Positions 34,181-42,289 of a stretch of DNA of 50,121 nucleotides are shown piece by piece. The first letter of the stretch is position 1; the number at the start of each line of letters is the position of its first letter. This DNA comes from Deltaproteobacteria bacterium (GTDB lineage Bacteria > Desulfobacterota > RBG-13-43-22): positions 1-50,121 of the forward strand of contig JACRCK010000073.1 in NCBI GenBank assembly GCA_016219065.1, read 5' to 3'. Position numbers and translations under genes: made by a program. Under the pieces are notes generated by a model. The model did no database searches. It had not been told where the DNA came from and worked only from the letters and a program-made list of their open reading frames with translations.

Positions 34181-35494
34181 ATGGAACAGCAAGCCTTGGA
34201 TCCGCGCTTACCCCTCATGCAGCAGGCCGATCTTCAGGACAAAATCGTCCTGCTCCGCGTCGATCACAATGTCGTCAAAAAAGGGGCGGTTCGCGACCCC
34301 TACCGGATCGAGCAGACCTTCGGGACCCTTTATAATATCGTCGAGCGCGGCGGCCGCCCCATCCTGATGACCCATCAGGGCCGCCCCAAAGACAAGAAGA
34401 GCGGTGCGATCACCTGTTCCCCGGAAAGCGCCGTGGATCCGGTCGTCCGTTACCTGGAACAAAAACTCCACACCCGTTTTTATATCCCCTCTTTCGCCAG
34501 CGCCGGGGACCGGGGGATCCCCCATATCGACACCTCGGTCAATCTGGCCATCAAGGATCTGCGGCGCCGGTGCATCGGCGGGATTTATCTGCCCAACTCC
34601 CGCTGGTTTCAGGGGGAAGAGGGTCAGGGCGCGGAACGGGAAACCTTTGCCCGGGAACTGGCCGGCCTGGCGGACGTATTTATCAATGACGCCTTCGGCT
34701 CCTGGCAGCCCCACGCCTCCACCTTCGATATCACCCGCTACCTCCCCTCCTATGCCGGTTTTCTCATGCAGAAGGAACTGGGCAACCTGGAACGGGTGCT
34801 TAACCCGGAGCGGCCTTTCTTGGCCGTGGTGGCCGGCGCCAAATACGATACCAAAATCGGCCCCTTGACCAAAATCTACGAGCAAGTGGATCACCTCATC
34901 CTGGGCGGGGTCATCTACAACGCATATCTGGCCGCCAAGCTGGGCCTGACCATTGCCGGGGTGAGCGAAAAAGACGTGGCCGCGGCCAAGTCCCTGGTGG
35001 CCCTGGATGCCCGGGAGAAAAAGATCGTGGAACTGCCGCTGGTGGTGGAATCCGACACCATGGAGGGCCGTTTGGAGGGCCGCTTCCGGACCCTCGACCT
35101 GCGCACCCTGCCGGCCGGGCGGCCACTGGGTTTCCTGCTGGACGTCGCCGCCGATTCCTTCGAAGATCCCCGGGTGCAGGAAGTCCTTTCCCAGGCCCGG
35201 ACGATTTTCGTCAATGCCGTCATGGGGTTCACACCCCATTTCACCGAAGGCTCCAAGGCCCTGGACCAGGCCATCGATAAGAACCAGGCGGCCCACAAGA
35301 TGTACGGCGGCGGGGACACCCTGCAGGAATTCAAGGACCTCAATCCGGGTCTCTATCTGAACGTGATCGACAACGCCCAGTATTATTTCTTTACCGGGGG
35401 CGGTACGGTCTTAACCGCCATCGAAGCCGGCACCCCCTACGGTCTCAAGCCCATCCAGGCCCTGATCGAAAACGGGGGCCGGGAACCAAAATAA
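34181..35494 (+). CDS. pgk: Phosphoglycerate kinase (divergent)
   Basis: LRVDHNV, MTHQGRP, INDAFG, AGFLMQKEL, AGAKYDTKI, GGGDT, TGGG. AAGGAG RBS before ATG 34181. Confidence 0.88.
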   Translation: MEQQALDPRLPLMQQADLQDKIVLLRVDHNVVKKGAVRDPYRIEQTFGTLYNIVERGGRPILMTHQGRPKDKKSGAITCSPESAVDPVVRYLEQKLHTRFYIPSFASAGDRGIPHIDTSVNLAIKDLRRRCIGGIYLPNSRWFQGEEGQGAERETFARELAGLADVFINDAFGSWQPHASTFDITRYLPSYAGFLMQKELGNLERVLNPERPFLAVVAGAKYDTKIGPLTKIYEQVDHLILGGVIYNAYLAAKLGLTIAGVSEKDVAAAKSLVALDAREKKIVELPLVVESDTMEGRLEGRFRTLDLRTLPAGRPLGFLLDVAADSFEDPRVQEVLSQARTIFVNAVMGFTPHFTEGSKALDQAIDKNQAAHKMYGGGDTLQEFKDLNPGLYLNVIDNAQYYFFTGGGTVLTAIEAGTPYGLKPIQALIENGGREPK

Positions 35495-35623
35495 AGGTGA
35501 GGAGTATTGGAGTAAAGGAGTGCTGGAGTAATGGGTTTCGATACAATACTCCAATACTCCACTACTCCATTACTCCACCTTGCACGTTCGCTGAGGTTTT
35601 ACCTCTAGAAAAGGAGATCGCTC

Positions 35624-36202
35624 ATGAAAGTCCTGGTCGTTTACGCCCATCCCTATCCGGAATCTTTTAACCACGCCGTGCTGGATAAATTCATCCAGGG
35701 GCTGCAGTCCAAGGGACACGAAGTGGAAATCCTGGATCTCTATGCCCTGGGCTTCAATCCCGTGCTCTCGGCCGCCGACCTGGCTGCGCTGCAACAGGGG
35801 CAAGTCCCGGCCGATATCGCGGCCCATCAGGAACGGGTGACCCGGGCCGAAGGGCTGGCCTTCATCTTTCCCATCTGGTGGTCTTCCATGCCGGCCCTGT
35901 TAAAAGGCTGGATCGATCGGGTTTTTTCGCTGGGGTTCGCTTATGCCTTCCGGGAGGAAGGCCCGGTGGGCCTGCTGAAACACCGGAAGGCCGTCCTGAT
36001 CACCACCTGCGGCGGGGACCAGGTCTTCTTTGATCAAAGCGGCATTCAGAAGGCCATCCAGCTCACCGTGGACCTGGGGGTGTTGGCCTTCACCGGCATC
36101 GCCAAGGTCCACCATGAATTTTTTTACAACGTGGTCCAGACCGATCCGGCGACCCGGGAAAAATATCTCGAGCAGGCTTTTTCCCTGGGAGTCCATTTTT
36201 AG
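35624..36202 (+). CDS. Flavodoxin-fold NAD(P)H:quinone oxidoreductase (MdaB/KefF family)
   Basis: YAHPYPESFN, DLYALGFNPVL, FPIWWSSMPALLKGWIDRVF. Confidence 0.9.
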   Translation: MKVLVVYAHPYPESFNHAVLDKFIQGLQSKGHEVEILDLYALGFNPVLSAADLAALQQGQVPADIAAHQERVTRAEGLAFIFPIWWSSMPALLKGWIDRVFSLGFAYAFREEGPVGLLKHRKAVLITTCGGDQVFFDQSGIQKAIQLTVDLGVLAFTGIAKVHHEFFYNVVQTDPATREKYLEQAFSLGVHF

Positions 36203-36241
36203 GACCGGTCCGGGGGCGACGGGCAAATGCGGCGGCGACCC

Positions 36242-39139
36242 CTAGCCCCCTAACAAGCGCCCCACTACCCGGCTCAATTCCTCCATCGTATAGGGCTTGG
36301 CGATGACCCCCTGGAAACCGTAGGCCTGATAGTTCGACATGACCGGGTCGGAAGAATAGCCGCTGGAGGCCAGGGCCTTTATCTGGGGATCGATGACCAG
36401 GAGCTTTTGCAACGCTTCTTTCCCGCCCATCCCCCCGGCCACGGTCAGGTCCATGATCACCAGGTCGAAAGGTTGATCGATTTTTTGGGCCACCTGATAA
36501 ATCTTAACGGCTTCAGCGCCGTCTACGGCGAATTCAACGCTGTACCCCAGACGCTTAAGCATTTCCCCCAGGATATCCCGGATCAGGGCCTCGTCATCCA
36601 TAATCAGGATCCGCCCCTGGCCCGGTAATACCGTCGGCGGGCGGTTATCCGGCAGGGTTTCCTTTTTAGCGGAAGTCGGCAGCCAGACGATGAAGGTCGT
36701 TCCCCGGCCCAACTCGGACTCCGCCGTAATCAGGCCGTCGTGCCTTTTGATGATGGAGTAGGCGGTGGCCAATCCCAGGCCGCTGGCTTTTTCCCGGGTG
36801 GTAAAAAAAGGATCGAAAATTTTAGGCAGGTCCTCCGGGGAAATCCCGCTCCCTTGATCGATGAAGCGGATCCGGACGTAATCCCCCGGGGGCAGGGGGA
36901 CCCCGTCGTCCGCGGTGAGGCGCTGATTTTGAAATTCGACCTTCAGGATCCCCCCCTGGGGCATGGCCTGCTCGGCATTGATGGCCAGGTTGTTGACCAC
37001 CTGCTGGATCTGCCCCTGATCGAAGTCCACCGAGCCGATATCGGGCGGAATCAGGAATTCGCTTTTCAGCCGGGACCCCCGCAAGGCAAAGGTCACCGAA
37101 TCCCGGATACACTCGGTGATGGCGGCGGTGGTCTTGACCGGCGCCCCGCCCCGGGAAAAGGTCAGCAATTGGTGGGTCAATTCCTTGGCCAGGTAGGAAG
37201 CCTTCTCCGCTTCATCCAGGCGGCGGACCACTTTGTCCGGATCCCGGGCCATCATTTTGGCCAGGGAGATGTTGCCCATGATGCCGGTCAGGATGTTATT
37301 GAAATCATGGGCGATGCCGCCGGCGAGGACGCCGATGGATTTCAGCTTTTCGTATTTCAGCAACTCCTCCGAAATGCGGTGCTGCTCTGTAATGTCCCGA
37401 AAAACCAGGACCACCCCGATGATCTTACCCGCCAGATCGCGAATGGGCGCCCCGCTGTCGGCGATGATCCGTTCCTGCCCATCCCGGCGAATCAGGACGG
37501 TCCAGTCCTCCAGGTTTTCCACCCGGCCGCTCTCGATCACCCGCTCCACCGGGCTTTGACAGCGCTTCCGGTTTCTTCCTTCCACGATGCAAAACACCTC
37601 CGCCAGCGGTTTCCCCTGCGCTTCCTCCTGGCTCCAGCCGGTCTGGTTTTCGGCAACCTGGTTGAGCAGGACCACCCGGCCCTCGGTATCGGTCGTGATC
37701 ACCCCATCGCCGATGGATCGCAAAGTGACCGCCAGGCGCTCCTTTTCCGCGGCCAGGGCTTCTTCGGTCCGTTTCCGTTCACTGATATCGACCATGGAGG
37801 AAACGCTTTTGCCGGTTCCCGGAATGAGGGCCACCCGGTTGTGAACGATTTTCTCCTGCCCCTGGCGGTCGATCAGCCTGAATTCATAAGCACTAGGCAC
37901 TCCCGCGGCTTCCTTCCGGCGGAGATTATGATATTGAAACAGCCGGTCCAGGTCCTCCTCGGACACCAGAGACTTCCAGCTCATGATCTTTTCCAGGTGC
38001 GCTTTGGGATATCCGGACAGCCTTTCAAATTCGGCATTGGCCAGCTCAATGGTGGTATCTTCATTGATGATGATGGTGGCCGCGCCCGTGTTTTCAAATA
38101 TGGTCCGGTAGCGATTTTCCGATTCCCGCAGGGTTTCTTCGGCTTTTTTCCTTTCGGTGATATCCTCGACGATCCCGACCCCGCCCTTCACCTGTCCGTC
38201 CCGGTCGAAGAGGGGGGCGGTGTGCATAGAAACCCAGACCTGGGCCTCGCTGGTGGTGGCGGCATAGATCCCTTCGTAGTGGCCGGTCTCCCCTTCCAGG
38301 GCGTCTTGGATGGCCGGCAGGACCCCCCGGTCTTTCAGCGCCGTCAAATCCAGATCGATCAGACGCTCCCGGCTCGATTGCAGCAGGTGGATGAAACGGT
38401 CGTTGCATTCCGTCAATTTCAACCGGGGATCGTAATGAAAAACGCCGAGCGGCGACTGTTCGAAGAGCAGCCGGTACCGTTCCTCCTTCTCCTGGAGTTC
38501 ATCCTTGGTCTTCCGGTATTCAGCGATCAGGCCGGTTAGCGTGTCGGCCTCCTTATTGATCAGGGCCCCCAGTTTCGAGATCAGTTCATTGGCGGACTGT
38601 TCGCTGGCCTTGGCCGAAAAGTCACCGGCGGCGATCCGGTTCAGGGTGTCGTAATGCTGGCAGAGACCGATGGCCATTTCATGGGCCTCCTCCACCATCT
38701 CCTCCAGGCCGCCGGCCAGCCGGTTGAGTTCGCTTTCCAGTTTGAGCAGCAAGGGATTGTGGGTGTTCATTTTAAGACGGGTCCCGGGATCGCCCAGGTA
38801 GAGCTTCCGCACCATCTCGAAACTCTGGGAAAGCCCGATGGCCAGATCCAGGTTGGTCTCTTCCAGCTCCCGGTCCCGTTCCCGGACGACCCCGGTCATC
38901 TCCTGGAATTGCCGGTTGATCAGGCTTAGGGTGGGCGGCAGGGCATCGACGTCCAGGCCCTGCAGGAACACCGGACATTCCAGGCACAGCTCCATCTTTT
39001 CCAGAAACCGCCCCTGGGTCTGTTCCCGGCAATGGGTTCCGGAAACCAGCCAGCAGTGACTTTCTTTGGTTACGTAAACCGGGCAGCTTTTCTCTTGGCA
39101 GTTTAATAAATCCCAGCACTGAATCCGGTCGGCCATCAA
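36242..39139 (-). CDS. Cytoplasmic multi-PAS hybrid histidine kinase with N-terminal Cys-rich (two-CW-like) domain
   Basis: CWDLLNC..CPVY..CWLVSGTHC..CLECP, three PAS/PAC repeats, GGIAHDFNNILT H-box, DQGSGI/FDPFFTT/GLGL, C-terminal receiver domain. Confidence 0.93.
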   Translation of the reverse strand: MMADRIQCWDLLNCQEKSCPVYVTKESHCWLVSGTHCREQTQGRFLEKMELCLECPVFLQGLDVDALPPTLSLINRQFQEMTGVVRERDRELEETNLDLAIGLSQSFEMVRKLYLGDPGTRLKMNTHNPLLLKLESELNRLAGGLEEMVEEAHEMAIGLCQHYDTLNRIAAGDFSAKASEQSANELISKLGALINKEADTLTGLIAEYRKTKDELQEKEERYRLLFEQSPLGVFHYDPRLKLTECNDRFIHLLQSSRERLIDLDLTALKDRGVLPAIQDALEGETGHYEGIYAATTSEAQVWVSMHTAPLFDRDGQVKGGVGIVEDITERKKAEETLRESENRYRTIFENTGAATIIINEDTTIELANAEFERLSGYPKAHLEKIMSWKSLVSEEDLDRLFQYHNLRRKEAAGVPSAYEFRLIDRQGQEKIVHNRVALIPGTGKSVSSMVDISERKRTEEALAAEKERLAVTLRSIGDGVITTDTEGRVVLLNQVAENQTGWSQEEAQGKPLAEVFCIVEGRNRKRCQSPVERVIESGRVENLEDWTVLIRRDGQERIIADSGAPIRDLAGKIIGVVLVFRDITEQHRISEELLKYEKLKSIGVLAGGIAHDFNNILTGIMGNISLAKMMARDPDKVVRRLDEAEKASYLAKELTHQLLTFSRGGAPVKTTAAITECIRDSVTFALRGSRLKSEFLIPPDIGSVDFDQGQIQQVVNNLAINAEQAMPQGGILKVEFQNQRLTADDGVPLPPGDYVRIRFIDQGSGISPEDLPKIFDPFFTTREKASGLGLATAYSIIKRHDGLITAESELGRGTTFIVWLPTSAKKETLPDNRPPTVLPGQGRILIMDDEALIRDILGEMLKRLGYSVEFAVDGAEAVKIYQVAQKIDQPFDLVIMDLTVAGGMGGKEALQKLLVIDPQIKALASSGYSSDPVMSNYQAYGFQGVIAKPYTMEELSRVVGRLLGG

Positions 39140-39166
39140 CAGACTCCTGTTCCCCGCATTCGATAA

Positions 39167-39391
39167 TTAAAACTGAATTTGGATCCTTTTCCGATACCCG
39201 CCCTCTTCCCGGACGGAAAGCAGGGTTTTCCCCAACCGTTCGCACCAAACCCGCACATCCCGTTCAAAAGTTGGACAGTCACCGATCACTTCCAGAATAT
39301 CCCCGGCCTTCATATCCGGGGACAGTACCGCAATTTTCATGACCGGCTGCGGGCATTTCAAACCCACTGTTTCCAGCAACACTATTTCCAT
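39167..39391 (-). CDS. TusA/SirA family sulfurtransferase-like protein
   Basis: LETVGLKCPQPV (CPxP), GDILEVIGDCP. Confidence 0.88.
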   Translation of the reverse strand: MEIVLLETVGLKCPQPVMKIAVLSPDMKAGDILEVIGDCPTFERDVRVWCERLGKTLLSVREEGGYRKRIQIQF

Positions 39392-39529
39392 GTTTCTCCC
39401 TTTATTTCCATATTATCAATTCCCTGCAAAGCCCGGCGCGGTTTGATCTCCGCGCAGCCTGAAAATTTTTTCCGCATTCGATGTTGGACGTTCGATGTTC
39501 GATGTTGAATGTTCGTTTTATTTTCCCGG

Positions 39530-40915
39530 TCAATGGGTGGAACAACCCAGGCAGGGATCAAAGGCCCGATAGACCGTTTCAATCCGGTTTAAAAGTCCTT
39601 CAGAAACCCGGCCCCCGTGGATGAAGGCCCGGGCGGCCTGATCTACGGCCAGGCACAGGGCGGCCATATTGTTTTGAGTGGCTACCACCAGGTTCATCTG
39701 CCGGACCAGACCCCGGGAATCCGTCCGGTAGTGGTGGATCAGGGTTCCCCGCGGGGCTTCGCAAATCCCGATCCCTTCCCGGGGTTCCTCCACCGGCAGA
39801 TTACGGACGTGGACGTCGGTCAATTCCGGATCGGCGGCCAACTCCACCAGGCGCTCGGCGGCATACACGGCTTCGATCAGACGAGCCCAGTGATAAGCCA
39901 GGGTCTGGTGGACCGGTTTACCTCCCAAGGTGTCGAACAGCCGTTGGTACTCCCGCTGGGCCTCCGGCGTGGCCATCCCGGCGGCCGCGTTCAACCGCCC
40001 TAAAGGCCCCACCCGGTAGATTCCGCTTTCCGGGCCGTCCCGCCATCCCGACCAGCCCACCTGTTTCAAGTAGGGGAACCGGGAATACGTCCAGGGTTCG
40101 ACCCGTTCCTCCAGGTGCTGCGGATATTCGGGCGGCGCAAAAGAGGTAAATTCTTTCCCTGCGGGGTCCACGACCCGCAACCGGCCTTCATAAAAATTGA
40201 CCCGTTGATCGGCATCCGCCAGCCCCAGATAATAAGTGGTCTGTTGATAGGCCGGGTCGAAAAACCATTCCCGGACTTTTTCGTCTTCCAGCACCCGACA
40301 TTGAAAAAGGTCCAGGCTTTCCCGACCCAGGTCCAGGGCCAGCCCGGCGACCCGGATCGCCTCCTGCCGGTCAGCGTTCGTCAGCGGTTTGGCTAGTCCT
40401 CCCGGCAAACCGGTGACCGGGAAAAGAGGGCTGCCACCGATACGCCCCACCAGGCCCCGGACTTCCTGCCGGACCCGGATTACCTTTTCCCCCAGGGCCG
40501 GCCCCAGCCGCTCCAGCACCCCGAAAATATTCCTTTTTTCAGCCGGGGCCTGCAGACCCAGCAGGGTATCCCCTCCCCCGAGAAAGTAAAAGTGCAGCAG
40601 GTGGTCCTCGAAGATAAAGGCATTGAGCATCAATTCCCTGATCTTGCGGGCGGCCGGCGGGGGTTCCACCTTAAAGAGGTCGTCCAGGGCCTTGCTGGAA
40701 GCGATATGGTGGGCCGTGGGACAAACGCCGCAGACCTTGGCGGTCAACAGCGGCAGGTCTTCGGCCGGTCGGCCTTCGCAGAATTTTTCGAAGCCCCGCA
40801 TATCGGTGCTCTGGAAGAAGGCCCGCTCCACTTCCCCGGCTTCATCCAAAAGGATGACGATCTTCCCCTCTCCTTCCAGGCGGGTCAACGGGTCGATGGT
40901 GATTCGTCTAGCCAT
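39530..40915 (-). CDS. mvhA: [NiFe]-hydrogenase large subunit, group 3c (MvhA-like)
   Basis: TRLEG, L1 KVCGVCPTAHH, EAPRGTLIHHY, ATQNN, L2 DPCLGCSTH* (stop immediately after His). Confidence 0.88.
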   Translation of the reverse strand: MARRITIDPLTRLEGEGKIVILLDEAGEVERAFFQSTDMRGFEKFCEGRPAEDLPLLTAKVCGVCPTAHHIASSKALDDLFKVEPPPAARKIRELMLNAFIFEDHLLHFYFLGGGDTLLGLQAPAEKRNIFGVLERLGPALGEKVIRVRQEVRGLVGRIGGSPLFPVTGLPGGLAKPLTNADRQEAIRVAGLALDLGRESLDLFQCRVLEDEKVREWFFDPAYQQTTYYLGLADADQRVNFYEGRLRVVDPAGKEFTSFAPPEYPQHLEERVEPWTYSRFPYLKQVGWSGWRDGPESGIYRVGPLGRLNAAAGMATPEAQREYQRLFDTLGGKPVHQTLAYHWARLIEAVYAAERLVELAADPELTDVHVRNLPVEEPREGIGICEAPRGTLIHHYRTDSRGLVRQMNLVVATQNNMAALCLAVDQAARAFIHGGRVSEGLLNRIETVYRAFDPCLGCSTH

Positions 40916-41879
40916 CGTCTTCTTCCGGCGCCTCTGGAAACAGGGGACAGGCGGCCAGTGAATACAGGTAGGCCAGGCCGGTCGGGTCGGGAATGGTTTT
41001 CATCAAGGCCTCCACGTCCTCGCCCGCAGCGGGTTCCAGCAGCGAGGCCAAGAAGGCAATAATCCGGGCCCCCTGATCTCCCGCCTTTTCCACGGGTCCG
41101 AAACAGCCCCGGCAGGGCATATTGGCCTGAAGGCAGCGGCTGCCGCAATCCCCCCGGGTAGCCGGGCCCAGGCAAGGGATCTCCGCAGCCAGGAAACAGA
41201 TGGCCGGATCCCAGATTTTCTGATGGACCCGGGCCGGACGGCGCCACTTAAAGCGCTCCGGCCGGCTGTCTTTTCGCGGGCAATAGGCACATAAAGCTTT
41301 CTCCGCGGCCAGCACCGCCCCCTGGAGGGGAAGCGTTCCGTCCAGCAGGGCCGAGAAAGCCCGGAGGCTCAAGGCCGGAGGCGGAGGGCAGCCCGGAATG
41401 ACGGCATCCACCGGGATAATCCGATTTAACGGCTGCACCCGATTTTTTAAAGGGGGCAGCGGAGGGCTCTCTCCACCGGTTGTCCGGTCCCCCGGTCGAA
41501 TCCCGGCGGGATTGTTCACCAGGAGGCCGGTTTGGAAGACGGCGGCGAGCAATTCCTCCTTCCGGAAGAGGTTGGCCAGGCCGGCGATCCCCCCCAGATG
41601 GGCACAGGTTCCCTGGGCGATGACCCGGCGGGCCTTTCTCCGGACCAGGCGGACCCGATCCTCCTGTTCTGCGGTGCGGACGGTCCCGTTGATCCAGACA
41701 GCTTCCAGCTCGCCTTCGGCCAGATTTTCGAGACGCTCCTTTTTATAATCCAGGGCCAGCGGCCAGTAAACGATGTCCGCCCGGGCGGCGAGTTCCGTCA
41801 GTTCCGCTCCCAGGTCGAGGAGCGCGGCCTCACAGCCGCCACAGCCGGAGAGCCCGATGAAAGCGATCTTGGGTTTCAT
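40908..41879 (-). CDS. mvhG: [NiFe]-hydrogenase small subunit (MvhG-like)
   Basis: Start MKPKIAF (ATG 41879); GCGGCE, GTCAHLGG, IPGCPP, CAYCP, CF..CLGP..C...C...MPCRGCFGP. Confidence 0.88.
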   Translation of the reverse strand: MKPKIAFIGLSGCGGCEAALLDLGAELTELAARADIVYWPLALDYKKERLENLAEGELEAVWINGTVRTAEQEDRVRLVRRKARRVIAQGTCAHLGGIAGLANLFRKEELLAAVFQTGLLVNNPAGIRPGDRTTGGESPPLPPLKNRVQPLNRIIPVDAVIPGCPPPPALSLRAFSALLDGTLPLQGAVLAAEKALCAYCPRKDSRPERFKWRRPARVHQKIWDPAICFLAAEIPCLGPATRGDCGSRCLQANMPCRGCFGPVEKAGDQGARIIAFLASLLEPAAGEDVEALMKTIPDPTGLAYLYSLAACPLFPEAPEEDDG

Positions 41880-42289
41880 CGACCGGCCCCCCGGGGCCCC
41901 AGGACCTGGATTTCCTCCGCCCAGTCGGTGACCCGTCGGGCAAAGGTTTCCCCTTCCCGGGCTGAAATCCAGAGCACCCGTAAACGGGCCTCCGCCAACC
42001 CCAACTGCACCAGCACCCGCCGCAACAGGGTGATCGACTTCAGCATGCCCTGGTTGCCTTCCCGGTAATGGCAATCGCCCGGGTGACAGCCGGCCACCAG
42101 CACCCCGTCCGCTCCTTCCCGAAAGGCCAGCAGGACCCATTGCGGATCCAGGCGGCCGCTGCAGGGCAGCCGGACGATTTTGAAGGAAGCCGGATAGGCT
42201 TTCCCCGCCCGGCCGGCCTCGTCCGCCCCGGCATAGGCGCAATGGTCGCATAAGAACCCGATCAAACGAAGATCAGCCGTTTTCGGCAT
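41876..42289 (-). CDS. mvhD: [2Fe-2S] subunit MvhD
   Basis: FLCDHCAYAGAD, PCSGRLDP, GADGVLVAGCHPGDCHYREGN, WISAREG. Confidence 0.93.
   Translation of the reverse strand: MPKTADLRLIGFLCDHCAYAGADEAGRAGKAYPASFKIVRLPCSGRLDPQWVLLAFREGADGVLVAGCHPGDCHYREGNQGMLKSITLLRRVLVQLGLAEARLRVLWISAREGETFARRVTDWAEEIQVLGPRGAGR

Noticed and set aside
39530-39532. TGA at the end of mvhA as selenocysteine
   Set aside because: Sec in NiFeSe enzymes replaces the first Cys of DPCxxC, which is TGC here. Read-through would add only PGK before TAA.
41880-42251. 447-aa version of mvhG
   Set aside because: The upstream part overlaps mvhD in another frame. The real start is ATG 41879.
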